Shown: positions 17,456-25,116 of the stretch, piece by piece
Numbering within the stretch: the stretch's first letter is position 1
Layout: each line of letters begins with the position of its first letter
DNA from: Methanococcus maripaludis
Lineage (GTDB): Archaea; AGJL01; Methanococci; Methanococcales; Methanococcaceae
Direction of reading: 5' to 3'
NCBI RefSeq assembly: GCF_002945325.1
Contig: NZ_CP026606.1
Span: 1,260,001-1,292,000, forward strand
Length of the DNA stretch: 32,000 nucleotides
Made by a program: the position numbers and the translations under genes
The notes under the pieces: generated by a model
Database searches by the model: none
The model's input: the letters and a program-made list of their open reading frames with translations, nothing else
Told to the model about the DNA's origin: nothing

Positions 17456-18904
17456 TTAGTAGAAATTTTGTGTTGCAATATAATACGTACCATCAAATGC
17501 AACGCCAATACCTATATTGGTGTATTGAGAGTTTAGAATGTTTGCTCTGTGGCCATCGCTGTCCATCCATGCATCCACGATAGCTTTTGCAATACTTTCA
17601 GCATCATCTGAAACATATCCAATTCCAATTACATTTCCGGTAGGCATTTTTGCAATATTTTCGCCAATTCCTGTGGAGTAATATCCATCTCCGAGGTATT
17701 TTACAACGTTGTAGTCTGCTGCAATGGCCCTATCGGTAGGAGTTTCCCCGTCCAAGTTTACATGGGAGAAATAATCATTTTCTGCCATGTCGTCACTGTG
17801 ATCTTGTGAAATCTGGCTTAATGCACTATCAAGTACTAACGCTTCAAGACCATATGAAGAGCGTTCCATGTTAGTATATTCAAGTATATATTGTTCAATC
17901 TGAGCGTTTTTATATACTACTGGTTCTTCTACTACTGGTTCTTCTACTACTGGTTCTTCTACTACTGGTTCTTCTACTACTGGTTCTTCTACTACTGGTT
18001 CTTCTACTACTGGTTCTTCTACTACTGGTTCTTCTACTACTGGTTCTTCTACTACTGGTTCTTCTACTACTGGTTCTTCTACTACTGGTTCTTCTACTAC
18101 TGGTTCTTCTACTACTGGTTCTTCTACTACTGGTTCTTCTACTACTGGTTCTTCTACTACTGGTTCTTCTACTACTGGTTCGGGGGTAGTTTTAATGATA
18201 TATAGCGATGTTTTTGGAGATTGCGTTATTTTTGAAGGTAAATAAACGTAATCTTCAGAAGAAGTGTCAGTATTATCTTCAGAAGAAGTGTCAGTATTAT
18301 CTTCAGAAGAAGTGTCAGTATTATCTTCAGAAGAAGTGTCAGTATTATCTTCAGAAGAAGTGTCAGTATTATCTTCAGAAGAAGTGTCAGTATTATCTTC
18401 AGAAGAAGTGTCAGTATTATCTTCAGAAGAAGTGTCAGTATTATCTTCAGAAGAAGTGTCAGTATTATCTTCAGAAGAAGTGTCAGTATTATCTTCAGAA
18501 GAAGTGTCAGTATTATCTTCAGAAGAAGTGTCAGTATTATCTTCAGAAGAAGTGTCAGTATTATCTTCAGAAGAAGTGTCAGTATTATCTTCAGAAGTGT
18601 CTACTGTAGTTACTGGGACATATCTTGATTCAAGCAAATCTATTTTTGAAGACGTTTTCTTTAATGGAGCATATGCTTTAACTTCAAAAGTTTTGTACCC
18701 CATATTATTTTTAAAAGGGCTGTTTAATTCGAAGAATAGATTGTGGTTATTATCAAATAAATTAGAATAGTTTTCGTTAAAATTTTGGTAAGTTACGTTT
18801 GAAAAAGTTGATTCACATCCATCAAAGCCACAATTTGCGCTAGTGACTGCCAATAAGGATAGTGTAATTAACGTTAATGTAAAAGCTTTAAACGGCCAAT
18901 CCAT
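17456..18904 (-). CDS. Secreted repeat protein: signal peptide, ~80-aa N-module, (SSEDNTDT)x14, (EEPVV)x17, C-terminal CAP/SCP/PR-1-like (YkwD-like) domain
   Basis: N-terminus MDWPFKAFTLTLITLSLLAVTSA. C-terminal segment NMERSSYGL...DHSDDMAENDYFSH...GENIA...AWMDSDGHRANIL...IGIGVA...YYIATQNFY. GGAG SD precedes ATG 18904. Confidence 0.8.
   Translation of the reverse strand: MDWPFKAFTLTLITLSLLAVTSANCGFDGCESTFSNVTYQNFNENYSNLFDNNHNLFFELNSPFKNNMGYKTFEVKAYAPLKKTSSKIDLLESRYVPVTTVDTSEDNTDTSSEDNTDTSSEDNTDTSSEDNTDTSSEDNTDTSSEDNTDTSSEDNTDTSSEDNTDTSSEDNTDTSSEDNTDTSSEDNTDTSSEDNTDTSSEDNTDTSSEDNTDTSSEDYVYLPSKITQSPKTSLYIIKTTPEPVVEEPVVEEPVVEEPVVEEPVVEEPVVEEPVVEEPVVEEPVVEEPVVEEPVVEEPVVEEPVVEEPVVEEPVVEEPVVEEPVVEEPVVYKNAQIEQYILEYTNMERSSYGLEALVLDSALSQISQDHSDDMAENDYFSHVNLDGETPTDRAIAADYNVVKYLGDGYYSTGIGENIAKMPTGNVIGIGYVSDDAESIAKAIVDAWMDSDGHRANILNSQYTNIGIGVAFDGTYYIATQNFY
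17926..18180 (-). repeat. Perfect tandem array, 17 x 15 bp (plus-strand unit cttctactactggtt), encoding EEPVV
   Basis: Four consecutive 60-nt sequence lines are identical (17941-18180) and one more unit precedes them. A 10-nt partial unit lies at 17916-17925. No mismatch was seen. Confidence 0.98.
18253..18588 (-). repeat. Perfect tandem array, 14 x 24 bp (plus-strand unit cttcagaagaagtgtcagtattat), encoding SSEDNTDT
   Basis: The unit repeats without mismatch from 18253 to 18588, and a truncated copy follows (18589-18600). Confidence 0.98.
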
Positions 18905-19094
18905 TGTTTAGTCTCCATTATATATTTTTGAATATTGGGGGATTACCCGTTATTGAATATATAGGATCAATTTATATGGTTTTCTATAATTTTGACTTAA
19001 TATCGGCCGATTTTATCGTAATAAAAGAAAAATAGTTTTAGGATATTGTTTTTGATCCCAGATTGCTGAGATACTGTAATTATATTTAGATTAA

Positions 19095-20192
19095 TTATGG
19101 GAGCCATGTACTCGAGTCTTCAACTTTTGCAGGCAAGTATTCTTCAACAACATACTTTAAACCGTATTTTGCTAAAGACTGCTGTTCTGCCCTTACTTTA
19201 CTGTCTGCCATTTGAACAAGCGCATTTTGCCATTGAGGGAATGATTTAACGAAATCATCGTTTTTCAAACCATCTTTTAATCTTTTTATGTCGTGATCTT
19301 TTAGGGGGTGCGTTGGAAGTTCGTAGTCAACAATATCCTGAGGCGTTACTCCAATAAGTCTGGCTTCAGGCACTGCCAATTTGTCTGCTAAGTGAACTGC
19401 CTTACCACTTCCTACCTTTAACGTCCTGTAGATGTTTAAGTATCCGTAAGGGTCACCATCCGTGAATACTAAAATCGGTAATTTATATTCTTCATTTAAT
19501 CTTTTGATAAACCTTCTAGTTGCCCTTGCAGGAACCCCTTTTAAAGAGATTAAAATACAGTTGTGTTTTTTCCAGAATCCTTCTGCATTTAACCTTGCAA
19601 ACATACCCGCAGTTTCGATTGCCAAAATAAAATCTGCTTTTGTTTCAAATTCCAATTTCGTAACATCATTAGGGATGCTGTATGCACCACTTCCAAGTTT
19701 TGTACAGTCAATTTTAATTTCGTCTCCTTCAGCAGTCCTGTCAACAATTCTTAACGGTCCGATAACTGCTGCACCATCTTCTTCAGGAATAAATCCTAAA
19801 TCTTCTCTTAAAAATTCTGAAGCAGCTTCAATATCTTCAATAACTCCGTTTGAAGGTTGCTGGTCATCAAATCTTGCTTCACCCCAGTTTTTGGAAACAT
19901 AATATGCTTCTCTCAGAGTTGAGAAATCGTTTGTATCAAGCAGTCCTTTTGAAAATTCCATCATTTTGATAGTCTGAGCAAATATTTTTGCCTGATTTAC
20001 CGTTAACATCCTATCTTTTTCTTTTCCAAGTATCGCAAAAGTTCCTTTTTCGACATCAAATTTTGCATTGGCAAGGCTTCTTATTGGGAAGGTGAGTTTT
20101 GGTCTTTTTCCTCGTATGATATCTTCATACATGCCATTAGCAAGTTTTAGTAATTTTTTGGCCGCTAAATTTCTCTCTTCTGAGGTTATCAC
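19095..20192 (-). CDS. top6A: DNA topoisomerase VI subunit A (Spo11 family)
   Basis: LREAYYVSK (catalytic Tyr region) and Toprim VFTDGDPYGY. I prefer GTG 20192, preceded by GGTGA 5 nt upstream and a TATA-like element (~20217-20224), giving 365 aa. The 54 extra codons in the track ORF are AT-rich promoter DNA. Confidence 0.88.
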   Translation of the reverse strand: MITSEERNLAAKKLLKLANGMYEDIIRGKRPKLTFPIRSLANAKFDVEKGTFAILGKEKDRMLTVNQAKIFAQTIKMMEFSKGLLDTNDFSTLREAYYVSKNWGEARFDDQQPSNGVIEDIEAASEFLREDLGFIPEEDGAAVIGPLRIVDRTAEGDEIKIDCTKLGSGAYSIPNDVTKLEFETKADFILAIETAGMFARLNAEGFWKKHNCILISLKGVPARATRRFIKRLNEEYKLPILVFTDGDPYGYLNIYRTLKVGSGKAVHLADKLAVPEARLIGVTPQDIVDYELPTHPLKDHDIKRLKDGLKNDDFVKSFPQWQNALVQMADSKVRAEQQSLAKYGLKYVVEEYLPAKVEDSSTWLP

Positions 20193-20421
20193 AGTTTCAC
20201 CGCATTTTAATAGAAAATAATATAAATATGAATTAAATAAATGAAAGCTATAATCGGCTTTTATATTCCGAATATAAGTATTTTTATTTATAACTATATT
20301 TTTGGTATTGGTCCTAATCAAAAGATATAAATCTTGTAACTTATATATTTCCAATGATTATTTAAAACCCACACAATCAGGGCTTTGAGGGCATGCACTA
20401 TTTCATGAGGAGGTAATAATC

Positions 20422-21504
20422 TTGAAATTCTTAAAAAACATAGCACAAACAGATTTTTTGGAACCTGCTTCAGAACAGCTTTCAGATATCGATAGAGAAC
20501 TACTGGAATTAATCGAACAGTCAAAAGCAAGGATAACTGTTGTAGGTTGTGGTGGTGCAGGAAACAACGCAATAAATAGATTAATTGCGGAAAGCATCGA
20601 TGGAGCAAGAATCGTTGCAATAAACACAGATGCACAGCAACTTGTAAAAACTCACGCGGATCATAAAGTTTTAATTGGTAAAAATCTCACAAAAGGACTC
20701 GGTGCAGGTGGAAACCCAGTTAAAGGTGAAGAATCTGCAAAAGAAAATTCAGAAGAAGTTAAAAAAGCAGTTCAAGATTCCGACCTCGTATTTGTAACAT
20801 GCGGACTTGGCGGTGGAACAGGAACAGGTTCTGCTCCAGTAGTTGCAGAAATTTCTAAAAAAGTTGGTGCTTTAACAGTTGCAGTTGTTACATTACCATT
20901 CTCAATGGAAGGAAAAGTAAGGATGTCAAATGCAATTGAAGGTCTTAACAAATTAAAAGAAGTTGCAGATACTATTGTTATTATTCCTAACGATAAATTG
21001 TTAGAGATTGTTCAAAACGTTCCATTAAGAACAGCTTTCAAGGTTGCAGACGAAGTTTTAATGAATTCAGTCAGAGGAATGGTTGAACTCGTAAACAACG
21101 CTGGAGACATTCACGTGGACTTTGCTGACGTTAGAGCAGTAATGAACAACGGCGGAATTGCAATGATGGGTATTGGTGAGAGCGACTCTGAAAAAAGAGC
21201 AAGGGAAGCAATACAAATCGCATTAAACAGCCCACTTCTCTGTGTGGATGTTGATGGTGCAACCGGTGCATTAATCCACATAACTGGCCCTGAAGACATG
21301 AGCCTTGAAGAAGCAAAAGAAATTGTTTCAACTGTCTCAGATAGATTAGACGAAAAAGCAACGATTATTTGGGGAACCACAATCGATGAAACACTCGAAA
21401 ATTCATTAAGAGTTTTACTCATCGTTACAGGTACAAAATCAACTGGCGATTACACTGTTGATGTAACGAAAAAGAGATATTTAATAGATATCCCAAAAAT
21501 CTAA
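20422..21504 (+). CDS. ftsZ: Cell division protein FtsZ
   Basis: GCGGAGNNAINRL and the tubulin signature GGGTGTGSAPV. TTG start at 20422 has GGAGGT 7 nt upstream, and the nearby ATG at 20404 runs into a stop after 3 codons. Confidence 0.93.
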   Translation: MKFLKNIAQTDFLEPASEQLSDIDRELLELIEQSKARITVVGCGGAGNNAINRLIAESIDGARIVAINTDAQQLVKTHADHKVLIGKNLTKGLGAGGNPVKGEESAKENSEEVKKAVQDSDLVFVTCGLGGGTGTGSAPVVAEISKKVGALTVAVVTLPFSMEGKVRMSNAIEGLNKLKEVADTIVIIPNDKLLEIVQNVPLRTAFKVADEVLMNSVRGMVELVNNAGDIHVDFADVRAVMNNGGIAMMGIGESDSEKRAREAIQIALNSPLLCVDVDGATGALIHITGPEDMSLEEAKEIVSTVSDRLDEKATIIWGTTIDETLENSLRVLLIVTGTKSTGDYTVDVTKKRYLIDIPKI

Positions 21505-21537
21505 GTTTAATTTTTTAACGTAATGCCGAGGGATACT

Positions 21538-21777
21538 ATGGCAAAAGAAAAAACTATGAATACTGAAGTGCAGAAATCAAAGTTAAATACGACATTAAAT
21601 GGATTAAAAGACTTTTTACAACAGTGTAAAAGAGTTTTAATGATTTCAAGAAAGCCAACAAGACAGGAATATATAACAATTTCAAAAGTAACTGGTCTTG
21701 GGATATGCCTTCTTGGTTTTGTCGGGTTTGTAATACACGTGCCTATAACTTATTTAAAAGCATTAATAAAGCCTTAA
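21538..21777 (+). CDS. secE: Protein translocase subunit SecE (Sec61 gamma)
   Basis: Small protein with a single C-terminal TM segment (GLGICLLGFVGFVIHV), sitting in the conserved secE-nusG-rpl11 context. The start is uncertain (21523, 21538 or 21556). Confidence 0.75.
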   Translation: MAKEKTMNTEVQKSKLNTTLNGLKDFLQQCKRVLMISRKPTRQEYITISKVTGLGICLLGFVGFVIHVPITYLKALIKP

Positions 21778-21912
21778 AACACGAAACATACTTTCATATT
21801 TTTCAATTTATGAATAGATATATATAGTATAAATCGATAATTCTTTTCAATTATTTTGAGATCTATTTTTAAAATTATTTATTTTCAAATTTTATTCCGT
21901 TTTGGTGATATT

Positions 21913-22353
21913 ATGATTTTTGCAGTAAGGACCACTACAGGTCAGGAAAAAAACGTTGCAGAATCTCTGGCGTCAAGAGCTGAAAAAGAGAATTTGGAAG
22001 TATTCTCAATCTTGGCAACCGAAGATTTGAAAGGATACATCCTTATTGAAGCTGCTAACAAAGGGGCTTTAGACGAACTTGTTAGAAAAAGTTTTAAAGT
22101 AAAAGGAATTGTACCTGGTGAAACCAGTGTAAATGAACTCGATCATTTGTTAACTCCAACAAAAATTATCGAACATATTGATAAAGGGGATGTTGTTGAA
22201 TTGGTCGGAGGTCCATTTAAAGGTGAACGGGCAAGAGTTACAAGGGTGGACAAACATAAAGAAGAAATTACGCTCGAATTAATTGATGCAGCAGTGCCTA
22301 TTCCAATAACTGTTGGTATTGAACAGGTTAAAATTATATCCAAACAGGATTAA
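21913..22353 (+). CDS. spt5: Transcription elongation factor Spt5 (NusG)
   Basis: NGN domain (MIFAVRTTTGQEKNV...) plus KOW motif (GDVVELVGGPFKGERARV). GGTGAT precedes ATG 21913, and the track N-terminal extension is AT-rich leader. Confidence 0.9.
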   Translation: MIFAVRTTTGQEKNVAESLASRAEKENLEVFSILATEDLKGYILIEAANKGALDELVRKSFKVKGIVPGETSVNELDHLLTPTKIIEHIDKGDVVELVGGPFKGERARVTRVDKHKEEITLELIDAAVPIPITVGIEQVKIISKQD

Positions 22354-22466
22354 TTTGTATTTTATAATGTCATGGTAAATTTTAAATAGGATACACATAA
22401 ATAAGAATAAGGAACTTATGATAGTATTATTGCGATACTAAACACGATTCATTTAGAGGTGAATAT

Positions 22467-22946
22467 ATGGCAGAACAAGTAGTAGAGATACTCGTATCTG
22501 GTGGGAAAGCAACAGCAGGACCTCCTTTAGGTCCAGCAATCGGTCCTTTGGGCGTAAACATCATGCAAGTTGTTCAAAAAATTAACAACATGACAAAAGA
22601 CTACGAAGGAATGAGCGTTCCTGTTAAAGTTATTGTTGATACCGATAAAAGGACATTTGAAGTTGAAGTAGGTATTCCTCCTGCATCAGCATTAATTAAA
22701 AAAGAAATTGGAATTGAAAAAGGATCACAGGAACCAAAACACCAGGTTGCAGGAAATATAACAATGGAACAAATTGTTAAAATTGCAAAAATGAAACAAG
22801 ATGCAATGTTAGCTTACAACTTGAAAAATGCTTCAAAAGAAGTTGTTGGAACGTGTGTGTCAGTTGGAATAAGTGTGGAAGGAATGACTCCAAGTGAAGC
22901 ACAAAAAGCAATTGATGCAGGACAATTTGACAGCTACTTTAACTAA
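22467..22946 (+). CDS. rpl11: 50S ribosomal protein L11
   Basis: [20 protein letters not shown] signature. GAGGTGA SD is present. Confidence 0.95.
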   Translation: MAEQVVEILVSGGKATAGPPLGPAIGPLGVNIMQVVQKINNMTKDYEGMSVPVKVIVDTDKRTFEVEVGIPPASALIKKEIGIEKGSQEPKHQVAGNITMEQIVKIAKMKQDAMLAYNLKNASKEVVGTCVSVGISVEGMTPSEAQKAIDAGQFDSYFN

Positions 22947-22958
22947 TTGAATTTCACA

Positions 22959-22971
22959 TTCTTTTTTTTCT
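22959..22971 (+). terminator. Oligo-T terminator after rpl11
   Basis: T8 run at 22962-22969, 16 nt downstream of the stop codon. Confidence 0.5.
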
Positions 22972-23055
22972 GGAAATTCGTATTTATTAATTCAAATATT
23001 TATTGGATATGAACTCCTCCGAGTATGCTTGAGGATTTGAATGGAGGTTCTGTAC

Positions 23056-24072
23056 ATGACATGTACCATAGTAGTTGGTGGCCAATGGGGCGACGAAGGA
23101 AAGGGAAAGATAATAAGTTACCTCTGTAAAAAAGACAACCCTTCAATTATTGCAAGAGGCGGAGTAGGCCCTAACGCAGGACATACTGTCGAAGTAGACG
23201 GAGAAAAATACGGAATCAGAATGGTTCCAACCGGTTTTCCAAATGTTAACGCAAAACTTGCAGTCGGTGCTGGAGTTTTAACTGATCCTGAAGTTTTAAT
23301 TAAAGAAATCAAAATGCTCGAAAAGTTCAATGTAGGGGAAAGAATTCTCGTTGACTACAGGTGCGGTATTATTGAAGAAGTTCACAAAGAACTTGATAAA
23401 TCTAACGAACACCTTTCAAAAGAAATTGGATCAACGGGAACAGGATGTGGTCCTGCAAATGTTGATAGGGCAATGAGAACGTTGAAACAAGGAAAAGACG
23501 TAGAATCAATTTCCAACTATCTTGGAGATGTTTCAGAAGCGGTAAATGACGCTTTGGAAGCAGGAGATAATGTATTAATCGAAGGAACACAAGGGTCCCT
23601 ATTATCATTATTTTACGGAAGTTACCCTTACGTTACTTCAAAAGATACAAATGCAGCATCTTTTGCAGCAGATGTAGGTATAGGCCCTACAAAAATTGAT
23701 GAAGTCGTTGCAGTATTCAAATCTTACCCTACGAGGGTTGGTGAAGGACCCTTCCCAACAGAAATGTCATTACAAGAAGCTGAAAATCTTGGAGTGGTTG
23801 AATACGGAACAGTTACTGGACGGAGAAGAAGAGTCGGTTATTTCGATCATGAACTTGCTAAAAAAGTATGCAGGCTAAACGGAGCAACCCAAATAGCAAT
23901 AACATGCCTTGATAAATATGATTCAGACTGTTATGGCATAACTGATTACGAAAAATTGTCCGAAAAAGGAAAGGCATTCATAAAAGAAGTTGAAGAAAAA
24001 GTTGGTGTTAAGGTAACTCTTATATCAACAGGTCCAAAACTCGAACAGACAATTGATGTTAGAAATGAATAA
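23056..24072 (+). CDS. purA: Adenylosuccinate synthetase
   Basis: [12 protein letters not shown]-loop, [10 protein letters not shown]-like GSTGTGCGP, and TGRRRR. GGAGGT lies 7 nt upstream of ATG 23056. Confidence 0.93.
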   Translation: MTCTIVVGGQWGDEGKGKIISYLCKKDNPSIIARGGVGPNAGHTVEVDGEKYGIRMVPTGFPNVNAKLAVGAGVLTDPEVLIKEIKMLEKFNVGERILVDYRCGIIEEVHKELDKSNEHLSKEIGSTGTGCGPANVDRAMRTLKQGKDVESISNYLGDVSEAVNDALEAGDNVLIEGTQGSLLSLFYGSYPYVTSKDTNAASFAADVGIGPTKIDEVVAVFKSYPTRVGEGPFPTEMSLQEAENLGVVEYGTVTGRRRRVGYFDHELAKKVCRLNGATQIAITCLDKYDSDCYGITDYEKLSEKGKAFIKEVEEKVGVKVTLISTGPKLEQTIDVRNE

Positions 24073-24153
24073 TTATAAAAATTTTAATTAACTACTTTTT
24101 TTATGATTATTATATATTATTATCCAAGTTTTATTTTTTAGATTGGTAGGGAT

Positions 24154-25095
24154 ATGATGACGTTTGATGATAATATTAGAATTTTAGTAAAAGATAAAGA
24201 GTATGATATGCCCTTTTCAAAGGGTCTTTTAGCGAGATCGTTAACTGCTGCGGGAATGAAACCCAGTGCATCATATACTTTAGCACGCGATATTGAGCGA
24301 GAACTAAATGAACAAAACGTATTAAAGATTTCAAAAGATGAATTAAGACGAAGAGTATATTACACACTTATTAATCGAGATTACGAAGCAATTGCGGAAA
24401 AATACCTATTATGGCGAAGAATATTAAAGAAACATTCTATAATTATTCTTGTAGGTGGATCCAGTGGTGTTGGAACATCCACAATTGCATTTGAGCTTGC
24501 TTCAAGGCTCGGTATTCCAAGTGTTATAGGGACCGATTCAATAAGAGAAGTAATGAGAAGGAGTATTTCAAAAGATTTAGTACCGATGCTCTACGAATCT
24601 TCATATACTGCTTGGACTGCGCTTAGAAAGTCCTCATGGGAAGAGCAAGACTCAAAAGAAATGCATTTACTCGGTTTTGAAAGGCACGTTGAGCCTGTTT
24701 TATTGGGCATTGAAAGTATTATAGATAGGAGTCTAACTGAAGGAACCAGCGTTATAATTGAAGGAACACACATAGTTCCCGGTTTAATGGCTGAAAAATA
24801 TCAGGAAATGCCAAACGTTATATTTTTAAACCTAACATTAAGTTCCGAAGAAACCCATAAAAAAAGATTTATCGCAAGAGCAAAGGTAAGCGATAGACCC
24901 CTTGAAAGATACTTAGAGAATTTTGAAATAATAAAAGAGATTAATCAGTATATTGTTGAAAAATCAAAAGAAAACAACCTTCCAGTTATAGAAAACGTTT
25001 CAATCAGTGATACCGTTCAAAAATGTCTGGAAATTGTTACAGAAAGGTTTAGCAACTTAAATGATGAGCCGATAATTGATTCAGATTTTTACTAA
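24154..25095 (+). CDS. 2-phosphoglycerate kinase homologue (N-terminal ATP-cone plus P-loop kinase)
   Basis: ATP-cone-like N-terminus ([23 protein letters not shown]...), Walker [11 protein letters not shown], and overall similarity to the archaeal 2PGK family as I remember it. Confidence 0.7.
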
Positions 25096-25116
25096 TTCAT
25101 TTAATTTTGGGGTATT

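Noticed and set aside
17926-18588. Considered whether the highly regular direct repeats could be a CRISPR array.
   Set aside because: The units are strictly contiguous with no unique spacers. They are 15 and 24 bp long and lie in frame inside a long ORF with a coherent protein product. No cas genes or leader sequence are present.
17891-18770. Plus-strand ORFs through the repeats (YYWFF..., QKKCQYYL... and SVLSSEEV... proteins; 17891-18205, 18208-18609, 18264-18770).
   Set aside because: They are open only because a stop-free repeat unit is iterated, and they have no SD or independent domains. The opposite strand encodes a protein with a signal peptide and a recognisable C-terminal domain.
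19002-19011. GC-rich 10-bp perfect palindrome ATCGGCCGAT in the AT-rich region upstream of the CAP-domain gene.
   Set aside because: It is a single short occurrence ~100 nt upstream of the start and not positioned relative to a TATA box. It cannot be distinguished from chance or a restriction-type site without genome-wide counts.
19095-20192. top6A has no adjacent top6B, which in many archaea is its operon partner.
   Set aside because: This is probably just lineage-specific gene order, with top6B expected elsewhere in the genome. It cannot be assessed from this window.
20193-20354. The 54-codon N-terminal extension of top6A in the ORF track (MEIYKLQDLY...).
   Set aside because: The extension is AT-rich, Asn/Tyr/Ile-rich sequence that overlaps TATA-like promoter elements. 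GTG 20192 has a proper GGTGA SD and gives a typical Top6A length.
22425-22450. Small hairpin (TAGTAT-tattgcg-ATACTA) in the rpl11 leader, considered as a ribosomal-protein autoregulatory site.
   Set aside because: The stem is only 6 bp and AT-rich, I can see no resemblance to an rRNA binding site, and the known Methanococcus L1 feedback site belongs to a different operon.
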